Shown piece by piece: positions 46,951-59,238 of a stretch of DNA of 64,000 nt. The translations under genes and the position numbers were made by a program. The notes beneath the pieces are model-generated. The model worked only from the letters and a program-made list of their open reading frames with translations, did no database searches and had not been told where the DNA came from. Where the stretch lies: contig MU054391.1 of assembly GCA_013239625.1 (NCBI GenBank), forward strand, positions 5,043,824 to 5,107,823, in the 5' to 3' direction. The stretch is from Lama guanicoe (taxonomy: Eukaryota). How positions within the stretch are numbered: the stretch's first letter is position 1; each line of letters starts with the position of its first letter.

Positions 46951-49608
46951 CTGCAAAACAAAGGAACTTTTTCCTTTGGCCAACAAAATGGTGAAGCTTT
47001 AACTATAAGCGATACCGTCTTCCTGTGCGGAAAGGACACTGCTTGCCAGCGGAGGCAGGGTACTGAGCTCGCTCCTCAGTACTGCTGTCCTCACAGTGCG
47101 GCAACAGTCTGTGACAGCGGTCTGCCTACTGCAGGGAGCATCCCCGAGGTAAGTGAATTCTCACCGTTTTCTCTGGTGTGTTAACATCCACAGGGTTGTC
47201 ACGGAATTATCCCAAAGACATTCCTCACAGAGCAGGCGAATGACCTTCCAGTGGCCGGTCACTGGGGACTGGACTGGATGTCCCATCAGGCACCGTCTCT
47301 TTGCTCCCTCACTGCCTTGCTCCTCGGCCGCCCCCTCCTGGGCTCCTGGGGGTCTCGGCACCCTGGACCTGCCGCCCCTGGAGGAGTGGCTCTTTGCTGC
47401 CCCACTAATGCCACCCTGTGATGTCAGAGGGAACCTCTGGTCACCTGGCCTCTCCTTCCCCAGCGTAATGACCCCTCCTCCAGTCTGCACTTGTCACCAT
47501 CTTAGATTCTGTGCTCTGTTATTCACTATTCTTGTCAAAGTCTGAGGATGAAAATAGGTTCTTAGGAGGCAAAAGAAAATGTTACTCTTTTTATGTATAA
47601 AGCACGTATACACATATAGGACATAAACAGATACACAGGGTATCTGTTGTATTAAAATTTCATGGGGAGGTGATTGGGGGAAAAAGTCTCAAAGGCTCCT
47701 TACTTGGCAATAAAGAACAAAAGGTTAGAACATGGCCATCTGTTTATCAGCGAGTTTCCACAATTATCAATTTCCCCTCTCCTTCCCCATTTTATTACTG
47801 ACAGTGTTAAGAATATTTCAAAGCAAATATACACATCTTATGTCCCCCGTAAATAGTTTAGAATTTATGTCCAATAAATAAGGACCTTCGGAAAACAAAA
47901 TGAATAATAATTCCTTAATATCATCTAATATCCATTTTGCATTCAAATACCCCTGATGGTTTAAAAACATGGTTTCCCAGTTGGCCTGCTCAATCAGAAT
48001 ACAAATAAGGTTCCACGGTACATGTGGCTGGAGTCTCTTTCAATCTGTAATAGCCCCTCTCCACCCCTCTTTTTCCCATGCCCTGTGTTTGCTGAGAAAA
48101 ACTGGGTCATGTGTCCTGCAGAATCCCCTATTTCTGGATCTGGTGTTTCGCTTCCTTCTCTATATTCCAGGCTCCTGCTACCTGCAGAGAGAGCTAGGAA
48201 GCCGAGCGGGCCTGTACGTCCTGCGGCACCGTGCCCGCAGGTGTTTAATGCCCGACTGTGACTAAGGTTCAGCGGTGGGGTCAGCCTGATCAATTCACCA
48301 TCCATTCCCTGTCAACCTGTCACTCCAAGTTCTGGTACCTTCTCCCATTTGGAATAGTCCTTGCACAGGCTTGCAGAGCAAGGCCCAGGTTTTCTGACCA
48401 GCTGCCCCTCCCACATGCCTTCCTTCACCCAGCAGGTAAGATGGGGACTTTTGTCTCTCCCCTACCCGGCAGGGTCCCTCACAGCTACTCTTGTGGCTTC
48501 TCCCAAAATCTGAAATACTGCGTGCTGACAGTTCCCAAATTACGATCCCAAGTGCCGAAGTTTCAGCTAACGCCCCAGCCGTCACCGGCCTGCTGAACCA
48601 CTGCACTAAGTCTGAGATTTGAACACATTCTCTCTCCCTTCAAACCTGTGCCTTTCCTTTGTTCCTCACCTCAGTGGACAGTGCCACCATAAACCCAGGT
48701 GATTAAACCAGACACCTGGGCATGATTCCTACCTCATCCTCTCTTGCTGATTCCAGCGTATCACCAAGTCCTGCTGACAGAGCAGGAGAATGACCTTCCG
48801 GTGGCCGGTCACAGGGGACTGAACTGGATGCCCCACCAGGCACCACCGTCTTAAACAGCTCTCCAATGTGTTCACATCTTTCCAGCCCACTGTCACTTCC
48901 CTGGTTTAGGTCACTGTCATGCTGGCTTAACACAACACCCTCCCAACAGGTCACTGCCTCCGAGGGTAACACCTTCGACCTGACGTAGCCGATCCTCCTG
49001 ACACACACGCGCGATCAGCTCACGGGCCTGCACGTCACCCACCCGCAAGCTCCACCGCTCTTGTAAGAAAGTTCAAAACCCTTCACGCGGCCTCTAAGAC
49101 TGTGCCTGCCTCGGCCTCTACTTCTCCAGCCTCATCAGTCATACTTCCTACGCTGTATACCAGCAGGAGTTTTACCACACCCCTCCCCTGCTACCTCAGG
49201 CCGCCCCCTCGGCCTGGAGTGCCTGGCTGCCTCCTCATAACCGTTTAGGACTCAGCCTGTGACCCTGTGTCCTTCAGGGCCCTGAGCCCCCTAGTCTAAG
49301 GTGGATTCCTAACCTGCAGTCCCCTATGCCCCTCTCATCACAACCAGCCTTTCTGTGTCCCTGTAACGCCGGCTAGATCAAAGCTCCCGGGGTGCCCAAC
49401 TGTTCGGATCTCATCCCCTGGACCCCTAGTGCCTTGGGCACGTGGCTGAAGAACAATAAATACTGGGTGAAGGGAAGAATGAGGATTCTTATGATAAAGC
49501 TTCCAGTACCGTCAGTACCGCTCTTGGGACATCAAACTCTAGCCTATGAAAGCAAACTACAGTACTTAAAGTGTCATATGGTAATCAACTTCCTAATGAT
49601 TTACTAAC

Positions 49609-49712
49609 CTCTATCTGCTGAATTCTCAGATTGGAAATTAGGTCCCAACGAGCTGCTCCGTTTTTGTCATAGCCTCTGAAACCAAAGCCGGCAGCATTAT
49701 TGATGGCGTCCG
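49609..49712 (-). CDS. MBOAT2: MBOAT2 exon 9 (104 nt): (A)DAINNAAGFGFRGYDKNGAARWDLISNLRIQQIE
   Basis: cag| acceptor, |gttagt donor; frame continuous with flanking exons. Confidence 0.96.
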
Positions 49713-49902
49713 CTGTGGCACACAGAGGGAGACAAGGATTAAGACACAGATAACTAAAATCAGAAGTTCAAGTGGGATTTTTATTACGGAACTTGCAGTA
49801 ATAAAAATAACTATAAGCCAAAAAAAAAAAAAGACCTATGTAATAAACTACCATGTTCTCCCAGAAGATGTATGTTATCATATCCTATTAGCTTTTATTC
49901 TT

Positions 49903-50058
49903 TTTTTTAATTTAGAAAAATCTTTTTTGTTTGTTTTTTCGAGGGGGGAGGTAATTAGGTTTATTTATTTACTTACTTAACGGAGGTGCTGGGAATTGAA
50001 CCCAGGACCTCATACATGCTAAGCTTGTACTCTACCAATTGAGCTATACCCTCCCCAC
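49903..50058 (-). mobile_element. tRNA-derived SINE, Vic-1-like
   Basis: Same consensus on the minus strand; TSD AGCTTTTATTCTT at 49890-49902 and 50059-50071. Confidence 0.85.
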
Positions 50059-50333
50059 AGCTTTTATTCTTAAATAAAGTAACTTTATTCTCACTTTTAT
50101 CTGATATTATAATAAAACGGGCCTTGATCCAGTATTTAGGACCTCCTAACAGTTTTGAGGCTACCTCCTTGTATGTGGGATATGAGCACTGAGGTTTATT
50201 TCTTCTGCATAGGCGGCCCTAGCTTCTCTCATTGGCCTCTAACTGCGTGTCCTCAGGAGGGCACTCTCAGGGCCACCTACTGGGGAGGACGCCTCCACGT
50301 GCTAACGGAGAAGTCTGTTCACGTGTTACTCAC

Positions 50334-50526
50334 CCAACGTCCATGCAAAGTAGTATTTGGGTCTTGCAGCCAAAATAGAGACATACAGATAGACAACCTT
50401 TGTCGGCCACGAAGCTGTAGCTTGGAAACGCTCATCAATGTTGTATTCCACTGGCAACGTTCTTGAGACGGTCAGGTGAAAAAACAAGGAGAGCCCACAG
50501 ACCAAGAGCTTCTGAATAACTGCCAT
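50334..50526 (-). CDS. MBOAT2: MBOAT2 exon 8 (193 nt): MAVIQKLLVCGLSLFFHLTVSRTLPVEYNIDERFQATASWPTKVVYLYVSILAARPKYYFAWTL
   Basis: ORF 50326..50532; gcag| acceptor, |gtgagt donor. Confidence 0.96.
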
Positions 50527-53500
50527 CTGCAAGCGTGAGACAGGATTTCATGCACTTAATCCATGCTCCCTATACTTCGTTTTACATAGAATTGCCAGAA
50601 TATTCCTCCTGAATGCAGCATTCACCCTGTAACTCTGTCAAAAATCACAAACTGCGTGGAGCTTAGCATTTAAAGCCTGCAATGGTCTCACAGTATGAAA
50701 CCTCCAGCCTTATCTCTAATGACTGCTGCCAGTTTATGGCTCAGATCACATTGGAAATTTTCAGGTATTTTCAGGACTGTCAGTAAATTTTAAAAATTCT
50801 AAAACACAGATGTATAGGTACGACTACACAAAAATGTTAACATTAAAAACTTTAGGTAGTGGATTTTACATGATTACACAAACACACACGACTTACTTTT
50901 TCCATTGTGCTTTTTCCCTATTTTCCAAATTCTAGGAATTTCACGGACACTATTTTTTTTTTACAATGAACAGCGTTTACATTTCTTTAAATCTGAAAGT
51001 TCTTTTATACAATTTTGTTCAAGATGATACAACCCAAACAGCTATACACCTGAGAAAACGAAAAGATTTGCATAAAAGATCCTGATGGAAAGAAAAGGTC
51101 GATCTTCACTATATTCTGGAGAGGTTAAATTACCTTGACAGAACCCAACTCATGGCGTTTTTGTATTTTTAGCAGGCTAGACCATTTCAATCTGACTCCA
51201 TATAAAGGGGGTTATACAGGCTATGAAGGGATGAAAGAAAAGGCTGGATCCAGATGAAAGAATGTAACAAAACACTTGCATTTAGCATCCCGTGCAGTAA
51301 GCAAACAATATCCAAATTAGCTAAAGTGATTTGCAGATGAACACCCATATTTAACACATCTTGGACCGGTGCCCAAAGAAGGGCCAGAGGCCAGAGTCAG
51401 GGCACATGCCAGATTCCCGCGCTCTCAGAGACGCTCAGCTTTACTGTCAGGCTGCCCTTGTCAGGAGGTGCCGGATGTTCAAGGACTCTGTGCTACAGCT
51501 GTTCTCCTCCTCACTTTCCTGGCTGTCTTTCAAAGCTTTCTCCTGTAAACTAAGGCTACCTTTTCTTCCCCCACACCCCACCAAATATCTAACCTATACA
51601 TTTGAATAGAAAGAGATTTAAAATAGGTAATTAGAGAAAAATTGTAATTATAAATGAAGTGAGATGAACTGAACGGCCTCATAGATTAAGCTAAAAATTG
51701 GGTTTATCATTTTAGTAACAGCAAGAAATACTGTGGCCATGAGACTATATATACTAGTTTCCAGCCTCATTTTGAAAAAAAAAAAATTAAAGCAACATAT
51801 ACCAGATGTCAACTACCAGCTGGCGTACAAACCAATGAGAAGTTCCCAAAAGGCTCGGACAATTCCAGATCAGGTACTTTGAAAGGCGGGGGCGAGGGGA
51901 CCTACAGCTGGGAAGTCAGGTGTAACCCCTGGTTCCTAGAGCCTCCCTACACAGAAGATGTACACCCCTCCACATTCTAGCAGGAAGCCAGAACTTAATT
52001 CTCAGGGAAGCCTAACCAGAGATGAGCCAGGCTCAGGGATGCACGTCCAGGGCAGGGGGCTGGGTAAGTGCTGGAATGATCGTGGAGACCATGGAGAAGG
52101 CATCCTGAGAGGTGATATCGTTAGCCCCTTCCTTGCCCAGCTCCAGGGACCAGCAGTTTTTGCCCTAAGGATGGCAAAAACAGGGGAGAGCCTGGAGCCC
52201 CCACCCACGGAGCTGCCATGATATCCTCGGACAACGTACACCTAAGCTGTCACGTGAGCGAAGAATCAACTTCCACCTTGTTTCACCGCCTGCTGTTTAT
52301 TCAGGTCCCTGGTTCAGCTGCCAAGCCTGTATCTTCACTAACACAGGCAAAGACAACTAGGAGGTCCCCAACAAACGGGCCACCAGCTACCTGACTGACC
52401 CGCTTTGGATCTGAAGGGACTACACCCACCACTGATGCACAAAGAGCTTCCAAGTGCCTCTGAGTGATCTGTAAACAACTGCACTGTTTGACTGTGTGAG
52501 CTATGTACACATGGAACTTAAATTTAAAATATACTAAAATAGTGAGATAATGTATTAATAAGAGTATTTGCTATTGTCAACAACCTCTCATTTATGATGT
52601 CCACAACCTGAGGGAGGAAAACGGTATTTTGTAAGCACGAATCCCATAAAAATTCAGTGAGGTGATAGAAGCAATACACACATTTACACTGTTCTCTGCT
52701 GGGTTTGATTTTCTACTACTTATATTTCCTGCACTTGATATTTTTCAATTATTTTACAAAATTATGTCCAGGATCTTGATTTCTGGATTTTAATTCCCTT
52801 TCCAGTATTCCAGAATTAACTTCCGGAATATCACAGCTGTTTATGATGACCTTGGCTTCCTCCTATGGCATCGAGGCCTCTAAAGGGTTAAGTGGGCAGC
52901 CTGGGGAGACAAGACAGTCAACGGAGGAGATCTGAATACACTCAATTCCACGACCCAGTCTTACCGATTAACACCGGACTGGGGATGGGAAGCACCGAGA
53001 CGAGAGCACCTTTTTGGTGTAAAACAAAATGAGTCACATGGCAGAAAAGAGAAAATACAAGAGATTTTGCACCTCTTCACCCACTCTTCATTTCACAATA
53101 ACTTAGGAAGGAGGTGGTCTGCTCTGAACCCCACATTCGGAGGAAACAGGCTAGCTCCCCCTCTTCTGCCTCACAGACTCCCTGACTGGCCTGCTTCCCA
53201 TGGGACTTTCAGGCTCGTCCAGAACGAATCCAGCAGAACTTGGCCTGCACGGAGCTTCACAGCCCTTCTCCCTGCGCTGCCAGGCACCCCGGCAGCTTCA
53301 AGGAAGTCGAGATCACGCTCAGTTGTGGGGCACAGACTGCCTGGCTTTGAACTCCTGTCCTCCCAGCACCAACCCAGGAAGCCTTGGTCCAATTACTCAG
53401 CCTCCGAGCCTCGGCTTCCTCGTCTGCGAAGCACTGAGAACAGAGCACTGGCCTCGTAAGGCTGCCGTCGGGGCCGAAAGTGCTGTCAGAGTGCCTGCTC

Positions 53501-53981
53501 TTGCTTCTTTTTTGCTGTGAAAATCGGACAAGGTTTTATGGAAAAGGTGCTATTTGAAGTAGGCCTCTAAAGAGAAGGAAGATTTCAGCTGGCAATGATC
53601 AGGACGAAGAAGGGAAAGCAGGAGAGGAACAGAGAACACTGACTGTGCTGGAATGTAAGGTACAGGGCAGGAAAAAGCCCGGAAAATCAGGCTTGGTCGC
53701 TCCACGAGACGGGCGTTCCTGTAAAGCACCCCGGGACCCCAAAGCACTATTCTTACTCAGGATCTCCTCCCGGTTTTTTAAGGAACCTGACCTCTGCTCT
53801 TCAGTCATGACTGTGCCTCTGCCAGGCATCACCACCGGGGGCTGTGTGAACATTTGTCTGGAAAAATATTTTTTGAAGAAATAGATGGGTACATTCAGAA
53901 CTTGAAAACATTAGTATCTTTAAATAAACAAGGCTAATCAAGCCAGGCCGTGGAGGCTGCAGGTGGCCCTCGCGCACTTAC

Positions 53982-54165
53982 GTTGGGGGACGGCTCTGCC
54001 CTTTCACACTGCATTTCTTCTTTTCTGTTTTCACCTGATTGTGCCACATGGTACGACCTGCCTTCGATGAACGTGATGTAGTCTTTGTACGAGCAGAGGG
54101 GGCCTGCCAGGATGCCCATGAAGTTACAGTTGTAACTTAAATACTCCAGAAGGCTCGGCATGCGC
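53982..54165 (-). CDS. MBOAT2: MBOAT2 exon 7 (184 nt): RMPSLLEYLSYNCNFMGILAGPLCSYKDYITFIEGRSYHVAQSGENRKEEMQCERAEPSPN
   Basis: ORF 53934..54203; tgcag| acceptor, |gtaagt donor; MBOAT PS..EY..Y...GP motif. Confidence 0.97.
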
Positions 54166-56199
54166 CTGCAATGAAAAGACATGCAACCCGTGAGAGGGAA
54201 CATCCGCTTCCAGAAAACGTGACGGGAGCGACGTCCCCGACCTCACTTGTCTGACCATTTCTGAGATAAAATGAGCTTTAATTTTCATTTGCATCCACAT
54301 GAGAAGAATTGAGAGGTTCAGGATGAAGGAATGCTCAACAGTATTTTTGGATAAGAGTTTACATACAGACCTCTACGAGCAACTACAAAGGGTTTGTACC
54401 TAACTCCTCCTGATGAGACAAACCCGAGGTGCACAAGATACGGCAGCAAGAATCATCGCTCACTAGTCACTCATTCTCTCGAGTCTTCGTGTGAACCAGC
54501 TACCGCACACGTGCTCCAAGGTCCAGAGACACTGCAGGACTCGAGACAGAGATCCCGCATTCTCAGGGCTTACAGAACAGTTGCAGGTAACATTAAAAAA
54601 CACATGAAATATTTTCAGAGATGCTAAGTGCTTCAAGGAGAAGGGGTGTTTTATTACATCAGTAAGTCAGAGAAGGCCTCTCTGATCAGGAGACATCTGA
54701 GCAGTGAGCGAGGGAGTCGTGTGAGCCCAGGACAGGGACTCCAGGCAGAGGGAACAGCGAGGGCAAAATCCCAGAGACGGGGGCCCTCCTAGGAGCAGGG
54801 AGGCCGGCACGGCTGGAGCAGCCTGAACCAGGGAAAGAGGGAGGGAGTCAGAGGTGAGGTAACCGAGGGCCTGCCTTACAAGCCACGGAGGGAACTCTGG
54901 ATTTAATTCTGAATGTGATGAAAAACTACAGCAGGGTTTTAAAACACCTATGTTTCAAAAGAACCCCTCCAGCCCGTATGTGTGGACAGAGGAGGGTGTA
55001 AGTGGGAAGACCAGTCAGGAGGCCACTGGCCTCCAGGGGGCGGTGAGTGGCGCAGCCACATCTGCGTGTGTTCCGGCAGGACAGCCGGGGGTCTGCGGAT
55101 GGACCGGATATGGGGGGTGAGAGGGAAAGGTTCAAGGATGTCTTGTGACGTTTTTTAATTCAGTTGCTCTGAGGTCAGTGCAAACAACACATGGCGTCTA
55201 AAGCTAACCAAACATTCCAGTTCTCAATGCAGGTAACCGGGTGAAAAACAGTCAGTAACACAGAAGACTGGGTAAACCATGTATCTTCATCGTATCAATG
55301 CATTAGGAGTATCTTTGTAATTTTTAAAAACCAACTCATTTGTCAAGTCTGCCATCCACTGACAGATACAAATGATCATAAATAAAAGAACAACTACACC
55401 TCGGACAGGAATCATGCTCTTGAATGTGTTACAACCCTCTTCCTCTCTAATATGAGAAGTGATTTCCCAAAAAAGCACAAATACACTCTGCAGCCAAGAG
55501 AAGCTGCAGAACCCCCTCACACGTATTTTTATAAAAAAACAATCAGAGCAAGCAGTGCTTGTGGTCCACCCATCACACAGCTGGGTTACCACTTAGCCAC
55601 AACTCCTTTTAAATTCTTTCCTGAATTCTTTTCCTACATTTAGAAGTGTTTTGAATTTGACACAACATTGTAAAATGACTGTAACTCAATACAAAAAATG
55701 TTTAAAAAAAAGAAATGTTTTGAACCTTACGTATTCGGTCTTGAGGGCTCAAAACTGATGAGAGCGGAGGGCGTCTGGCAGATCTGCTCCTGCAGGTCTC
55801 CCCATGGAGAGCTGGCGTGGGGAGGGGTCCTCCCACCCCAAACACTGGACACGCACCCCGGAATCGCAAGGCTGCCAAAGGGCTCCTTGTGCTCCGGCAA
55901 CACCGCTCACTTCAAGACCAAAACACCACCAGGGCATCAATCTAACCAAGTCAAACTATGTATCGCAATCTGCAAGGACAGGAGATAATTCTGAACCATG
56001 AAATTCACTGAAGTAATTTCGGCTCAAATGTCATATCAAATGACAAGTCTTGTTCTCTTCCACCAGGAAAGAAGTAGGTAACTATAGCACACGCTATTAA
56101 AATTGGAACTGAGTACAGGAGTAATCCTCTATTCATGACACTGATGAAAGATTTACTCTTTCACCCCATATTTGTTTGCTATCAACTATGTGTTGTCTC

Positions 56200-56360
56200 A
56201 GGTTTGTCTTCTCATTCTCGGCATTACTGGCATTTTTGGACACTACTGCTTTGCTGTAGGGACTGTCCTGTGCACTGTGGGATGCTTGGCAACATCCCTG
56301 GCCCTTGCCCGTCAGAAGTCAGTAGCACACCCCTCTCCTTTGTGACAACTGAAAATGTGT
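56200..56360. mobile_element. MER20-like hAT element
   Basis: CTGTCCTGTGCACTGTGGGATGCTTGGCAACATCCCTGGCC...GTAGCAC...TGTGACAACTGAAAATGT. Confidence 0.75.
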
Positions 56361-57566
56361 GTCCTGGGTGGCAAGTGAAAAAGCCATTTCAAGGACTGAG
56401 TGATCAAATGGGTCCAAGGGTGCTGAGAGGTTGAGGAACATGTGAAAGGAGGCTGACAGTCACATCTGCCAAAGTTAAGGGCAAACTGGAAAGAATGGCA
56501 GCAGACCAGCAGTGGGTTAATTGATACTTGTTACAAACTCTGCTACCATCCTACCTGAGCGTGGGGGAGGGAGTGCTGGGAGTCTAGGAGACAGGAGAAC
56601 CCCACAGCCCCTGACAGAGAGTGGGAAAGGAAGTGGATGGAGGAAATGTGGCAGAGCTGTGGGCAAGCCTCATGTCCAGAATGCTGAATTTGGGGTGACC
56701 AATTCAGAATGAGTCCAGTCGGCAAGAGAGCGTTTGTCCACTCCGCCCTCTTCTACTGTTGAGGTAGGTGGAGAGCTGGATTTAACCAGGTCTGGGGTTT
56801 AGTCAGGTGGCCACATGGGAGGGACGGGGAGACAGAGGCTGACTGTGTGTTAACAAGCAGTTACTGGAATGGACCGAGGACTCCCAAAGATCACAGAATC
56901 CAGATCAAATTAACCTCTCACAAACTAAAGATATTCAAGTGTATATTCAAGACTGACTATAGTGAGTATCAAAACAGAATAATTTTTAAAATGGGGAAAA
57001 TACAAGAATATTCTCAAGACCTACTTCCTGGATCAAAGGCGAATGCTTAGGGTAGCGTCTACCTACGGCACAAATCATCTCATTCTTCTGACAGCCATGC
57101 AGGTATCAGGTCTAGATTTGCAGGAAACGACGTGCTATGCAGGAAGTTTTTCTTTAAGTAAAACAAGTATTTAATTTCTAATTATATTAGATTAAGACAG
57201 GCCCTGCCAAGAAATTAAGCTATCCCTTAGACGGGTCAACAGAGGACCTACAGTACGTGAAGCAGGGGCCTAGCCCAGAGCAAATTCCTCAAATAACCAT
57301 GAGAATATCTTGCTGGTTCTTCCTTATTTCAAAACACAGCATCTAATTCCAGTACCTGCCATCAAGTTATCGGTCTTTAAGTGGTAGCTGCAATTATTAC
57401 CTGTAATTACTACCCAAAGACCGTAAGTCTTGCCTGTCTTCAGGGAACTCAGAGCCTCGCAGCAGAGACAGAAAATTTCGCAGACAGCCTCACGGCACAC
57501 AGGAGGTGCACACTGTACGATGGTATGTTCAAGGCACTGTGGGAGCCTCAGAAGGGATGCTTGGCT

Positions 57567-57725
57567 GGGGGAGGGTATAGCTCAGGTGATAGAGCACATG
57601 CCTAGCATGCACAAGATCCTGGGTTCAATCCCCAGTACCTCCTCCAAGAACAAATAAATAAATAAACCTAATTACCTCCCCCACAAAAAATAAATAAATA
57701 AATAAAATTTAAAAAAAGAAGAAGA
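57567..57725 (+). mobile_element. tRNA-derived SINE, Vic-1-like
   Basis: GGGGAGGGTATAGCTCAG...GGTTCAATCCCCAGTACCTCC...AAACCTAATTACCTCCCCC plus A-rich tail; degenerate TSD AGAAGGGA. Confidence 0.85.
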
Positions 57726-57901
57726 AGAAGGGAGCCCAGCCCAGCTAGATGTGGTGGCAGGAGGTGCGCAGAGGGAGGAAGGTTTGGTGTTCGTGAACTG
57801 AGCGCCTGCAGGAAGACAAGTCAGCCTTGGCCATGTAAGTAAGTGTGCGTCCCCAGCAGAGGGAGCGTGAACCACAAAGGAGACGATGCGGAGGCACGTA
57901 C

Positions 57902-57956
57902 CTGACTGCTAAGCCTCTCTGCGAGGGAGTCAGTTCCTCATCCTTCCGGAACATCC
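57902..57956 (-). CDS. MBOAT2: MBOAT2 exon 6 (55 nt): (G)MFRKDEELTPSQRGLAV(R)
   Basis: ORF 57745..57954; tctcag| acceptor, |gtacgt donor. Confidence 0.95.
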
Positions 57957-59182
57957 CTGAGAAATAAAAATAGGTAATTTATCAATTATGATTTCTCCCA
58001 AGAAAAAAAAGGTATTTCCTCCCATTCGCTCTCATCACTTCCCTCATTTGAAATTCATGCTGTAATCACTATTTTGGTGTAACTAGCCCCCTTCGTTCTC
58101 CTTGCAACACAGGCCCAAACGTGCGAGAGGACCATCTGCACGCAATCCAGCGCGTCTGTCTCTGTGTAAGATAAATAACACAAGTCAGGGAACTAACTGG
58201 ACTCCTTTCTAAAGGAAATTATTGCTATGTCAAAAAATTCCCCAATGCTAGCGTAATTAACAGTAAACATGATGACTTTTCAGAAGGAGACACCAAAGTG
58301 TTTCTATAATTGGATGATGCCAATGACTAACCTCAGCGGTACGGACTAGCAGCTCAGAATAAAGCAGGGAAGGATCTCCTCACTTCTACGTGACTCTAGT
58401 GAATGGAACTGGACTTAATATACCATCTTCGTCCACTTCATCACCTCCCCCAAACAGGAGAGTATTACTTACAATTACACATCAACTTGCTAGAGCTTAA
58501 ATCCGATTTAAGGACCCAGGAGAGGCCTAAGGTAAGAGGCAACAGACTAAAAAAATACATGTAGGTCCCCCCAAGCAGATGGCACAGGATGGGCGACGGA
58601 CACAGGGAGGCTGGAAAACCATCCGGGCTACAGATAAATGACTGTCCTGAAGGGGACGCTCCTGTAACTCTGGAGACCCAGAGCCCTGACTGCTGGCATT
58701 TGCTGTGGCACGGTGTCCGTTCAGAGGGTACAGAATACGAATATATAAATATTTACACTAAAAATATATGTAAGTGTGTGTGTGCATGTGTGTGTATAAG
58801 GGAGGTGGGGCAGGGGAAACCATTCACATCTGAGTAAGTGTGTAACACAGAGAAGAAGCAGGATCAATAAAACCTGGTTTAGACCAAATGTCTGTTTCCT
58901 TTATATTTTAAATTGTCACTAATGTGGGTCATATATCTGAACTGCACTATTTTACTTTGTTTTTGTCACTGGACCGAATGCAAAATTAAGAATAAACAGT
59001 GAAGGAGGATGAGTACACTTTAATAACCTTAAGCAGAATTAAATATTTTCCCATATCTTACCTCCACCCCTCTCCTTCCTCTAGTAGAGAGCAAAAATTA
59101 TGGTTATACCTCAAATACAATCAGATAAGATTGTCTGAATACAACTTTTCCAGTGATGAAAAATTAATTTCCAAATTCTTAC

Positions 59183-59238
59183 CATCATGAATTTCACAAG
59201 CCAAACTAGTGATCTTCTGGGTAATTATCATCATTGGG
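59183..59238 (-). CDS. MBOAT2: MBOAT2 exon 5 (56 nt): PMMIITQKITSLACEIHD; upstream exons lie beyond the right edge of the window
   Basis: cacag| acceptor, |gtaaga donor; frame joins exon 6. Confidence 0.95.
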
